Source: Planctomycetota bacterium
GTDB lineage: Bacteria > Planctomycetota > SZUA-567 > H5-PLA8
Direction: 5' to 3'
NCBI GenBank assembly: GCA_038227875.1
Contig: JBBRPR010000028.1
Span: 32,001 to 96,000, forward strand
Length of the DNA: 64,000 nt
This document shows, in pieces, positions 17,964 through 27,438 of the stretch; the stretch's first letter is position 1; the number at the start of each line of letters is the position of its first letter. The position numbers were made by a program, and so were the translations under genes. The notes under the pieces are model-generated. The model worked only from the letters and a program-made list of their open reading frames with translations, was not told where the DNA came from and did not search any database.

Positions 17964-20900
17964 ATGGACGGACCGCACGAACCACAAGACCTTCTCGACA
18001 AGAACATCACCAAACTGGTGCGCGGCGCGAAACCCGTCGAACCGGCGCGCGCGGGCGCTCAGGAACGCGTCTTCGGAAATGTGATGAACCGCCTCGGCGC
18101 GTCGCAGCGTCGCCAGGCCAAATCGCAATTCTGGACCATCGCCGTCGCCTCCGCCGCGTGCCTGGCACTCGGCGCGCTGTTGTTTACGCAGTTTTTTGCG
18201 CGCAAGGACGATACGTACGGCGCAGTCCCGGTGAGAGCGCCGCGCAAACTGGCCGTTCAGACCGTGCCGGTGACGCCCACACCGAATCCGGCGCCGACGC
18301 CTGAACTCGCCTCGACAGCGCAGTCGATGCAGATCGAAACGCTCGAAGAGCAAACCGCTCAACGCAAGCTCAGCGACGGCAGCGTGCTCGACGTCGCGGC
18401 CAATAGCCGCGTCGAAGTGCTCACGCCCGTCGATCCCACGCAGCGCCCGGAAGTCCGCATCCGTTCCGGCGAAGTGAGCTTCAACATTCCGCGCGGCAAT
18501 GGACGCGTGCTGATTCACTCCTCCGCCGGCGATGTGCTAGTCAACAACGCGCAGCTGAAGGTGGCCGTGGCGAAGACTACCGCACCGGTGCTGGAGCAGA
18601 ACTTCAACGGCCCGCCAACAATGGCGGCGCTGGCCTCATCGGCGCCGAAAGTCGCGATGAACGTCGCGGTAATCCGCGGCGAAGCGATTCTGCGTGAAAC
18701 GATCGGCAACGAAAAGCTGCTCGTCACCGGCGATACGTCCACCGTCGGTGGACAGAACGAAACTGCGTCCGCGGGCGTCGAGCACTGCCGCAGCGGTTCG
18801 CTGGTGCCGAAGCTCGAAGACGGCACGCAGGGCCAGCCGTTGGAAGTGCGCCGGCACATCGTCAAAGCTTCGATCACCGAACAGATTGCGCTCGTGGAGG
18901 TCGACGAGACCTTCTACAACCCGGGTAACCAGCGCATCGAAGGAACATTCGTTTTCCCGCTGCCCCACGATGCCACGATCTGCCGCCTGGCGATGTACGT
19001 CGGCGACAATCTGATGGAAGGCGAAATCGCCGAAGCGCAGCGCGCACGCCGTACATTTGAAGCGCTGAAAGTGCAGCAGGTCGATCCGGCGCTGCTGGAA
19101 TGGGCTGGCGGCAATATGTTCAAGATGCGCATCTTCCCGATTGAACCGAAGAGCGAAAAGCGCGTCCTCATCAGCTACTACGAAGTGCTGAAGAAGGACC
19201 ACGGCCGCATCAACTTCAGCTACCCGCTGGCGTCGGAAGCCACGCAGAAAAGCCCGGTCGGCGAAGTCAACGTTTCCGTCACGGTCGACTCGACGCCAGA
19301 GATTCAGAACCCGACCGTCCCCGGCTACGACACTGCTGTGCTCAAGGCTGCGGCCAACCATCTCGATGTTTCGTACGTCGCCAAAGCAGTGACGCCCGAC
19401 AAGGATTTTTCGCTGACCTACCAGACAGGCAAGAACGCGCCGCTGGTCACGGTGCCCTACTGGCATGCCAAGCGGAACGAAGGTTACTTCGTGATGATCT
19501 TCTCTCCGGAACTGGAGCAGACGTCGTCGGAGAAACATCGCCCAAGCAACTTTGTCTTCGTCGTCGACAAGTCCGGCGGACTCGGCGCGCGCCAGCTGGC
19601 GCTTGCGGTGCGCACGGTCAAGGGCGCGCTCACCTACCTCACGCCCAACGATCACTTCAGCATCGTCGCCTACGACACCGCGGCGAAGAAATTTCAGAAG
19701 GAGCTCGTGACCGCGTCGCCGAAGTCCATCTCGGAAGCCAGCACGTGGCTCGACAGCCTGGAATCGTTCGGCGCCAGCGATCTGACGCAAGCCTGGAAGG
19801 CCGCGTCCGATTTGACCACTGGCGGCACGACGCAGATCGTCTACTGCGGCAGCGGGCTCAGCTCGCTGACCAGCACGCAATCCGGAAAACTGCTGGCCGA
19901 TGCCGATGCCGCCTTCACGGGAAAAGACGTGCGCGTCCACTGCCTGCCGCTGGGGACGATGCAGGACCTGACGTTTCTCAATGAACTCGCGAAGAAGTAC
20001 AGCGGCACGGTGCGCCCGATTAAAGATGCCGACGACGCCACGACCGCGACCTCGGAACTGCTCGAAGATTTCGCCTGGCCGCTCTACAAGAATGTGCAGC
20101 TGGCCTTCGACGGCATTTCCGTGGGCGAAGTGTATCCGCTGGCGCTGCCCAACGTGACCGCCGGCCGCCAGTTGCTGGTCTTCGGAAAATACAAGAACGC
20201 CGCGAACGGCACGGTGAAGCTGACGGCCTCCCGCGACGGCGAACCGTTCACGCAGGAATTGAAAGTGAATCTGGGCCTGGACGCGACGCACAACTTCGTG
20301 CCGAAACTCTGGGCGACTCAGCGCATCGCGCAGTTGCAGCTCGACGTGAGCAGCGCGGCGCCGGAGGACGCCAAGCAAATCGTCAATGATGTGGTCGAGA
20401 CGTCCAAGCGCTACCGCGTGATGAGCCAGTACACGTCCTTTCTGGTGCTGGAGACGGCTGAGGACTATCTGCGCTACGGCATCGAACGCCGCCCCGACGA
20501 ATTCGATCCCAATGCGACACAGGATATCATTGAAGAATTGTCGGAGTTCGCGGGCGCTGCCGCGCCGCCCAAGCCTGCCGCTGCCAACGGTGAGTTCGGT
20601 GGCCTCAGGCAGCAGCAACTCCAGGGCGGCAAGGCCGGCAATGCAAAGAACGATATGAAGGATGAGCCCCAATCGGATGAATCGGAACGCCGACAGTCCT
20701 CTGGCTCCGATCGATTCGCAGCCCAGGACGCGCTGAAACGCTTGTCGAGCAACGACGGTGTTGAAGCGGGAAAATTCAAACAAGCAAATCTCCATTCCGC
20801 ACTGCGAGAGACGACAGAAAAAGAGGCCAAAGCACTGGAGTGGTCCGACAGCGACAAGTCGGCCAACCGTCTGGAAGGCGGCGACGATGCCAAAGCCGAG

Positions 20901-21824
20901 CGTCGCAAGAGTGCAGCGGCTCCGGCACAGGCACGTCGCGGGTTGGCGCTGCAGGACATCGAGACGCTGTCGTGGGAACGGCAGGATCTCTTCCCGGTGA
21001 TTGACCACGCCACGCTGCCGGCCTGGAATCAGCGGAATGCGCACAGCACCGAAAAGGCCATGAAGATCCTGAAAGGTCTGAGCAGCCGCTTTGACACGCT
21101 CTCGCTCTCGGTTACGGCCTACACGCTCGACGCGAAAAAGCAGGAAGTGAAGCAGGGCCGCGAACGCGCCATCGTGCTGGACCGCACGACCGGTGCGTTC
21201 AACAGCCGGTTCATGGGCGCGGATTTCGCCGACATCTGCGACGGCAAGATCTACTACCGCCTCTTCCCGCAACTCAAGTACGCGGTGCGCAGCGCGGCGA
21301 CGGAGAACGATCTGTCCGCGCTGGGCAATCAGCTTCCGGGCTACCTGATGCCGTGGGCCGAAGCGCTCGATCAGCAGTTCACCGTCAGCGTCGATCAGGA
21401 TACGGAAGAGGGCGTGATCCTGCGCCTGGTCGATCGCAGCAACATCAACCGCTACACGCTGGTTTACCTTACTTCGAAGACCGGCCCGTTGACGAAGATC
21501 GAAACGTTTGAACGCCGGCGCGTGAACAACGATTTCAAAGTCGTCAACACGCAGACGGTGCTGTGCGAAGACGTCCAGACGATCGGCGATTACAAAATGC
21601 CGCTGACCTTCCGGACCGTGCAGCATAACGACACGGATGTGGTCTCCGTGGTGCGGCTGACAAATGTGAAGATCAACGAGAAGCTGACCGCCGAATCGTT
21701 CAAGCCTGAACTTAGCGCCGACTGGGCCATCCGCGATCAGGACACCCGCCCGGCGCCCGGAGAACAGCGCAGTATCAGCCCGGCCGTAAACCCGTCGCCG
21801 AATTTCGGACCGCGGCGGAACTGA
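17964..21824 (+). CDS. Putative anti-sigma/sensor: cytoplasmic N-terminus, TM, FecR, VIT, vWA and LolA-like domains
   Basis: TM at about aa 57-78. FecR (LSDGSVLDVAANSRV...GEVSF), VIT (EGTFVFPLP...DPALLEW...RIFPIEP), vWA (FVVDKSGG), KLWA...SQYTSFLVLE, and a C-terminal CDGK...NVKIN LolA-like segment. Confidence 0.82.
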   Translation: MDGPHEPQDLLDKNITKLVRGAKPVEPARAGAQERVFGNVMNRLGASQRRQAKSQFWTIAVASAACLALGALLFTQFFARKDDTYGAVPVRAPRKLAVQTVPVTPTPNPAPTPELASTAQSMQIETLEEQTAQRKLSDGSVLDVAANSRVEVLTPVDPTQRPEVRIRSGEVSFNIPRGNGRVLIHSSAGDVLVNNAQLKVAVAKTTAPVLEQNFNGPPTMAALASSAPKVAMNVAVIRGEAILRETIGNEKLLVTGDTSTVGGQNETASAGVEHCRSGSLVPKLEDGTQGQPLEVRRHIVKASITEQIALVEVDETFYNPGNQRIEGTFVFPLPHDATICRLAMYVGDNLMEGEIAEAQRARRTFEALKVQQVDPALLEWAGGNMFKMRIFPIEPKSEKRVLISYYEVLKKDHGRINFSYPLASEATQKSPVGEVNVSVTVDSTPEIQNPTVPGYDTAVLKAAANHLDVSYVAKAVTPDKDFSLTYQTGKNAPLVTVPYWHAKRNEGYFVMIFSPELEQTSSEKHRPSNFVFVVDKSGGLGARQLALAVRTVKGALTYLTPNDHFSIVAYDTAAKKFQKELVTASPKSISEASTWLDSLESFGASDLTQAWKAASDLTTGGTTQIVYCGSGLSSLTSTQSGKLLADADAAFTGKDVRVHCLPLGTMQDLTFLNELAKKYSGTVRPIKDADDATTATSELLEDFAWPLYKNVQLAFDGISVGEVYPLALPNVTAGRQLLVFGKYKNAANGTVKLTASRDGEPFTQELKVNLGLDATHNFVPKLWATQRIAQLQLDVSSAAPEDAKQIVNDVVETSKRYRVMSQYTSFLVLETAEDYLRYGIERRPDEFDPNATQDIIEELSEFAGAAAPPKPAAANGEFGGLRQQQLQGGKAGNAKNDMKDEPQSDESERRQSSGSDRFAAQDALKRLSSNDGVEAGKFKQANLHSALRETTEKEAKALEWSDSDKSANRLEGGDDAKAERRKSAAAPAQARRGLALQDIETLSWERQDLFPVIDHATLPAWNQRNAHSTEKAMKILKGLSSRFDTLSLSVTAYTLDAKKQEVKQGRERAIVLDRTTGAFNSRFMGADFADICDGKIYYRLFPQLKYAVRSAATENDLSALGNQLPGYLMPWAEALDQQFTVSVDQDTEEGVILRLVDRSNINRYTLVYLTSKTGPLTKIETFERRRVNNDFKVVNTQTVLCEDVQTIGDYKMPLTFRTVQHNDTDVVSVVRLTNVKINEKLTAESFKPELSADWAIRDQDTRPAPGEQRSISPAVNPSPNFGPRRN

Positions 21825-21906
21825 AGTTGAGCGTGTATGAGCCGGCCGCGCGAACGGGTGTTAAGCACCCGTTTGCGCATGAACGAACACTCCACGAGGA
21901 ACTGCG

Positions 21907-24900
21907 ATGCGAAGCCTGCGAATTCTACACCTGCTGTTTCTGATGAGTGGCGTCGCGCTGGCGTGCCCTCTCGCGCGTGCCGAATCGCAGGCCGGAGCAC
22001 AGGCCAAGCTGGCCGATCCGGCGACGGAGGCCAATGCGCTCTTCTCGCTCACGTTCTTCTTCGAACAGGCCGGCCGGCCATTCTCGGCGTTGAAAGCCAT
22101 TGAGAAAGCGATTGCGAAGGACGGCAATATTCCGGGTTACTATGCGCGGCAGGGCCAGTTGTTCTTGTCGCGCAAACGCACGCGCGAAGCGGCGGCGGCG
22201 TATGGCCGCGCCGCGGACATGGATCCGGCGACCAAATCGTTCCGCGCTGCGCAGGCGCGCGCGCTGGTGAGTTGCTCGATGTTTAAAGAAGCTGCGGCGG
22301 CATGGGATCAGCTGCTGCAGCCAGCGACCGATTCAAAGGAAATTCTCGACGCCGCGCGCAATGTCGCGGAATTGCGCCAGAAGACCGGCGACCTCAGCGC
22401 CGCTGAAAAGGCATGGCAGACCGCGTTTGAAAAATTGTCGAACTGGGACGAACGGCTCCAGGCCGCGGATGCCGAGGCCGCGATCCTGATGCTGGAACGG
22501 GCCGAAGATCGCGCCGTGGCGTTCTGGGGCGCATGGCAGGCCAGCGAGACCGACTGGCAGAAGCGCTCGACGTTAGCAGGAAAAATGGCCGCTTGCGCGC
22601 AAAGCGCCGCGTCCGCCGAATCGCGCGAGCACATCCGCGCGGCGTGGGCGGCGCTGCTGGCTTCCGCGCCCAATGCCGGCAACAAACAGGCGGCCGCCGG
22701 CGAGCTGGGCAGCCTGCTGCTTAAGGACAATCAAGCCGCGGAAGCGCTGAAACTCGTCACGCCGCTGATCTACGGCCCGCCCGCTGTAGACCTGCGTCTG
22801 GCAGCCATTGCGGATGTGGCGCTGGCTGAACAGGGCGACACCGCCGCGCAGATCATGCTCTGGCGCGACTGCGTCGCCGCCAAACCCCCATACGCCGTGC
22901 GCAGCGAGGCCATCAACAGGCTCGTGCCGCTGTTGAAGGATCCCGTTGTCATCACTGCGCTGCGCCGGGAGGCTGTGGCTGCCTACCCCAACGATGCGCC
23001 GCCACAGTTGGACCTGGCGCAGGCGCTGACGACGGAGAAAAAATTCGCCGAAGCCGCCGACGTCACGTACGCGGTCTTTGCGCAGGCGAGATCCGGCAAC
23101 AAAAATAACTCCCGCAATGAAATCCAATATTGGGACACCGTCGTCAATGCCTTCGCCAACGCTCAGGATACGGCGCGGTTGGGTAAGGTAATTGGCGCGG
23201 AGTTCCAGGGCCTGGATATGTGGCGTGTCCAGAATTGGATGAGTTCAATTCAATCGATTTGCGGAGAAACACCCGCAATCGCGCTGGCCGAGCAGCTCGC
23301 AACAGGGGCCAATGGCACGCATGGCATGGCGCGGCTGGGCGCAGCGCAGTACTTGCTCAACGTCTACCTCGACCACGCGCGCGTCCTGCTCGAAGCCATC
23401 GCCAGCGACACCCGCTTGCCCGTCGAAGACCGTCGCCAGGCGCTGGAACAGCTGGGAAATTACGCCATGACACCGGGCGATCACGTGGCGTTGCTGCTGC
23501 GCTCGGTGAACCTCGGCGGTGATTTCTGGCGGCGCTGGAATTCCTACAATCAGCTCGGCATGTACATGGGCATGGATGGGCAGATCGCCGAAGGCATTGA
23601 GATGGTGCGCGGTGCGCGCAAGGTCGCCGAGAACAACCAGACGCCCGCCCCCCAGGCCTTGCGGGCGCTGGGCAGTGGGATTTTTCAGAATCAGGTAGTC
23701 GGGCGCGGGCTGCGCACGACGGAAGGCCTTTCTGCGGCCATCGACGCGACGATCAAGTTTTATCAGGAAGCGTCGGGCGATCCATACTACCAGGGCTGCT
23801 TCGACGATCTCTGCCGCAACCTTGCCGAACTGAAATCGCGCCGCGGCGACACGGCCGGCGCAATCGACCTGCTTCACACGCTCTGCGGCGCGCGCGAAAA
23901 TCCGGCGCTGCGACTGGCTGCCGCCGACCTGATTTCACGCCGCAGCGTCAACAACACCGAGGCGCTCTGGGCCGAGTATCTCGCTTACATCGACGCGTCG
24001 CGCCATCTCTACGCCGAAAGCTTGCGCGCCAACAACCGCAATCACTACTTCACCAACTTCGACGATCGCGTCGTGAAGTTCATTGCCAAAGAGAAAAAAG
24101 AGAAAGCGCTGGCGGACCATTTTGACGCGGTCTTGAACGATAAGCAGAATGGTGAACGCGAAGCGGCCGCCGATGTGCTGCTCTCCTATCAGCGCAACAA
24201 CAATGCGCCGGCCGACATGGTCGCCACGCTCGCGCGCCTGAAGACTCTGGGCATCACCGGGCCGTTTTACGATCAGCAGCGCCAGTGGGCCGACGCGGCA
24301 GTGAAACTCAACAACGCTGGCAGCCGCGCCGACGCGCAACGCCGCGAGCAGCTGTTGAAAGACGTCGACAATTGGAAAGGAATCTTCGCGGCCAATCCGG
24401 AGGATTACCAGGCGGCCTTCAACATCTACAAATCGCTGCAGTTGCTCGGCCGCACCACCGACGGCCGGCCGTTCCTGGAACAGGCGCTGAAAGTCGCGCC
24501 CGGCGATCCGCTCGTACTGGAAATCCACGCGCGTGAGTTGATGCTCGACAAGGCCTACGGCGACGCGGCGAAAGAGTTGAAGCTTGCGGCCACGACGGCC
24601 GGACGGATTGACGACGTCGAAGCGACCATCGCGTCGGCGTACGAATTGTCCGGACACTCCATCGAAGCGATCAAGCTCTCGCTCGATGCCTTGGAACGCG
24701 GCGTCAACAACGGCCAGGGCATCCGCTCGACGCAGGAGCTTCAGGATCTTGCCGAGCGCACCAACGCCCTCGATTTCCTCAAGACGGAATTGACGCAACG
24801 CCTGCAGGCGGCGAAGGAGCGCAAACAGGTTCCGTCCGAAATGATGGCGAACCTCGCGTTGAATGTCGCATGGGAGCGCAACGATACAGCGTTGGCGACG

Positions 24901-27096
24901 CTGGCCGTCGACGCGGTGCTCACACTGGCGTGGCAGCCCTCGTACGAGTGGCAGGCCGAATGGCAATGGCAGCAGTTGGCCCAGACAGCGCAGGAGCGTC
25001 GCCATTTGGAGGACGCCATTCGCATCCACCAGGCGTTGCAGACAGCCAAAACCAACCGGCACGAGCAGCCCAACGAATACGAGTACCGCAACCTCGCCAC
25101 ATTGATGCTGCAGGCCGGGCATGCCGAGGATGCCGCGGAGTTGATGTTCGGCGCACTGGCGCAGGCGTCGCGGCCGCCGGAAGCTTTCGGCGAACAGAGC
25201 GGGCAGCCCGTGCTGTGGAATGTGAAAGGAAACGTGCGTCGCGATGAAGGCCGCCGCTCGCAGCGCAGCCGGCCTGCACCGCATCAAGCGGGTTCCGATC
25301 GCCGCGTCTGGATTGCCGGAATTATTGAAATGGCCGCGCGCGAAGTGGACGGCGGCGCCGACACATTCCGCAAGGCCAGCGGCGATCGTTTCACCGCTCT
25401 GATCGACGAAGAACTGAAGGACATCGCCAACAGTGCGCTGGCCAACGTTCAGAACGCCGTGCCGCTGGGTCTGCGTGACCGCGTGGAGACGGCACTGCGC
25501 GACGCGAGCCAGGCACCCACGGCGACGGCCGATACGTTTGTCAGTCTCGCAACGTGGCGCATGATGCTGGCCGACTACGAAGCCGATCACAAACTACCGC
25601 GCGCGATCAAACTCGAGGACATCGTTCCGGTCGGCAAAGCCGCCATCGATCACGCCGCTGACAGGGAAAAAGTGCGTGTCAGCCTCGTGATTGCGAATCT
25701 GTATCAGGCCCAATTCAATCGCGCTTCCGAACTGCGCCTTCCCGGAATCACCGCGGAATTGGTACTGAGCGCGTACGATGCCGCGCCGGGTCTTGAGACA
25801 CTCCGTCCTGCGCTTCAGTTTGCGAAAAACGCCGGCCTCACCGCACGCCACCTGGCGTATGCGCAACAGCTCCACGCCACGTTCCCGGAATCGTTCTCCG
25901 ACGCCACGACCCTCGCCGACGCTCACCTTCTTATGGGCGATAGCGCCAGTGCTGCCGGCGTCCTCAAGCCTTACCTGGAGAGCCGCAATCAGGAGGCATC
26001 GTACACACAGGCCGCGCAATTGTTTCTCGTGCCGCGGGGCGACAAAGTCGACGCGGGCACCTGGCCGGTTGCCGCCGAGTACTTCTCAAAGGCCATCGCG
26101 CTGCACCAGGCCGCCGTCGGCACGCAGTTGGACGCGCAGGGCAAAGTGCTACCCGACGCCGCGTGCGCGGAGCTGCAGAGCCAGCTCTGCACGGTGCTGG
26201 CGCACAGCGGAAAGTTTGATGCGGCGCTCACTACGCTCTCCGATGCCGCCGCCAACGACGCCAACAATCCCTGGCGCCACGACCGCATCGTGACGCTCGC
26301 GGAGATCTTCAAGAAGGCCGGCAAGCTGAGCGATCTGGCTGCGGCGCTCGATACCAACGTCTCCGCGCAGCCGCGCAACGTGGCGCTGCGTCTGGCGTGC
26401 GCGGATGTCGCGGAGATCTCCGGCGACGATGTTGCGGCGCTTGACGCGCTGAGCGTGGCCAAGGCGATTTCCCCGGACCTTTCCACCGTTAAACGCCTGA
26501 TCGCACAGCAGCGCAAGATGGGCAAGAACGCCGACGCGCTGGCCGAATGCAAAGTCTGGTCGGCCAATTTCTCCAGCGATGAAGAAGCGCACCAGACGCT
26601 CGCCGCGATTTACAAGGACCTGCACGACGACGCCGGCGAACTCCAGGCGCTGACGATGCTGGTCGAAAGCGCGCCGCGCGAAGCCGTGCAGTGCCGCAAG
26701 GTCGCGGTGATGTTCGCCGCGCGCAATGATTACGTTCGCGCGCGTTCGTTGCTGGAACGCGCCGTCGAACTGCGCTCGGAGGAACCCTACCGCGTGATCG
26801 ATCTGGCCGAAGTCTGTTTCCTGGCTGGCGATTTCGCGCGCGCTGAACAGCTCTGCTCGGACGCCCTGGCCCGCGATTGGACGAAGGGACTCAGCCCCGC
26901 GCTGCTGGCGCGGATGCCGCGCTGGAAGGGTACGTTTGAGGACCGCGCGCATGCGATACTCGCCGATGCGTACCAGGCGCAACAGCAGACCGACAAAGCC
27001 GCGCACGAGCGGATGCTGCTGCCGCCGAATTACCAGCGTCCGCCATTGGCGGATGCGGTGCCGGTGCTTGCGCGGAACGGCTTTGCGCCGCGCTGA
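21907..27096 (+). CDS. Giant secreted TPR/alpha-solenoid protein (1729 aa)
   Basis: Signal peptide and many TPR-like units (AAAAYGRAADMDP, LEQALKVAPGDP, LERAVELRSEEP). Confidence 0.8.
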   Translation: MRSLRILHLLFLMSGVALACPLARAESQAGAQAKLADPATEANALFSLTFFFEQAGRPFSALKAIEKAIAKDGNIPGYYARQGQLFLSRKRTREAAAAYGRAADMDPATKSFRAAQARALVSCSMFKEAAAAWDQLLQPATDSKEILDAARNVAELRQKTGDLSAAEKAWQTAFEKLSNWDERLQAADAEAAILMLERAEDRAVAFWGAWQASETDWQKRSTLAGKMAACAQSAASAESREHIRAAWAALLASAPNAGNKQAAAGELGSLLLKDNQAAEALKLVTPLIYGPPAVDLRLAAIADVALAEQGDTAAQIMLWRDCVAAKPPYAVRSEAINRLVPLLKDPVVITALRREAVAAYPNDAPPQLDLAQALTTEKKFAEAADVTYAVFAQARSGNKNNSRNEIQYWDTVVNAFANAQDTARLGKVIGAEFQGLDMWRVQNWMSSIQSICGETPAIALAEQLATGANGTHGMARLGAAQYLLNVYLDHARVLLEAIASDTRLPVEDRRQALEQLGNYAMTPGDHVALLLRSVNLGGDFWRRWNSYNQLGMYMGMDGQIAEGIEMVRGARKVAENNQTPAPQALRALGSGIFQNQVVGRGLRTTEGLSAAIDATIKFYQEASGDPYYQGCFDDLCRNLAELKSRRGDTAGAIDLLHTLCGARENPALRLAAADLISRRSVNNTEALWAEYLAYIDASRHLYAESLRANNRNHYFTNFDDRVVKFIAKEKKEKALADHFDAVLNDKQNGEREAAADVLLSYQRNNNAPADMVATLARLKTLGITGPFYDQQRQWADAAVKLNNAGSRADAQRREQLLKDVDNWKGIFAANPEDYQAAFNIYKSLQLLGRTTDGRPFLEQALKVAPGDPLVLEIHARELMLDKAYGDAAKELKLAATTAGRIDDVEATIASAYELSGHSIEAIKLSLDALERGVNNGQGIRSTQELQDLAERTNALDFLKTELTQRLQAAKERKQVPSEMMANLALNVAWERNDTALATLAVDAVLTLAWQPSYEWQAEWQWQQLAQTAQERRHLEDAIRIHQALQTAKTNRHEQPNEYEYRNLATLMLQAGHAEDAAELMFGALAQASRPPEAFGEQSGQPVLWNVKGNVRRDEGRRSQRSRPAPHQAGSDRRVWIAGIIEMAAREVDGGADTFRKASGDRFTALIDEELKDIANSALANVQNAVPLGLRDRVETALRDASQAPTATADTFVSLATWRMMLADYEADHKLPRAIKLEDIVPVGKAAIDHAADREKVRVSLVIANLYQAQFNRASELRLPGITAELVLSAYDAAPGLETLRPALQFAKNAGLTARHLAYAQQLHATFPESFSDATTLADAHLLMGDSASAAGVLKPYLESRNQEASYTQAAQLFLVPRGDKVDAGTWPVAAEYFSKAIALHQAAVGTQLDAQGKVLPDAACAELQSQLCTVLAHSGKFDAALTTLSDAAANDANNPWRHDRIVTLAEIFKKAGKLSDLAAALDTNVSAQPRNVALRLACADVAEISGDDVAALDALSVAKAISPDLSTVKRLIAQQRKMGKNADALAECKVWSANFSSDEEAHQTLAAIYKDLHDDAGELQALTMLVESAPREAVQCRKVAVMFAARNDYVRARSLLERAVELRSEEPYRVIDLAEVCFLAGDFARAEQLCSDALARDWTKGLSPALLARMPRWKGTFEDRAHAILADAYQAQQQTDKAAHERMLLPPNYQRPPLADAVPVLARNGFAPR

Positions 27097-27139
27097 GTGA
27101 ATGAAAGCACATTTTAATAACGCAGCTTTATTTCGGGAC

Positions 27140-27263
27140 CCTCCGGCAAATTTGCCGGAGGTAGAATCTACCACGCCGACCTTCGTTCAAATTTGACCGA
27201 AGTTCAACGCGTAACGCAGGGATGAATGAAGTTCTTCACTTACGCATAGAACTTCATGCATCC
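27140..27263. other. Cluster of four inverted repeats in an intergenic region
   Basis: Perfect 22-bp palindrome CCTCCGGCAAATTTGCCGGAGG, GGTAGA-A-TCTACC, CTTCGTTCAAATTTGACCGAAG, and a 16-bp stem (27220-27235 with 27248-27263). Confidence 0.6.
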
Positions 27264-27279
27264 ATGGCACCCTTGCCTT

Positions 27280-27320
27280 CCGCGTGCGTTTTTGAATTTT
27301 GAATTATTAATTTTGAATTC
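27280..27320 (+). repeat. AT-rich heptamer (TTTTGAA-type) tandem repeat with conserved flank
   Basis: CCGCGTGCGTTTTTGAATTTTGAATTATTAATTTTGAATT. An inverted homolog lies at 34919-34957. Confidence 0.7.
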
Positions 27321-27438
27321 GCCGCACGCGCACGTCTATCTGCAAAGTTCAACCTGCGCCGGGACTTGCGGCACGTCGCCGCGGCAATTACAGTCTTCAG
27401 CTCAGGTGCTTTTACACATAGCGGAGATCACCCCACGC

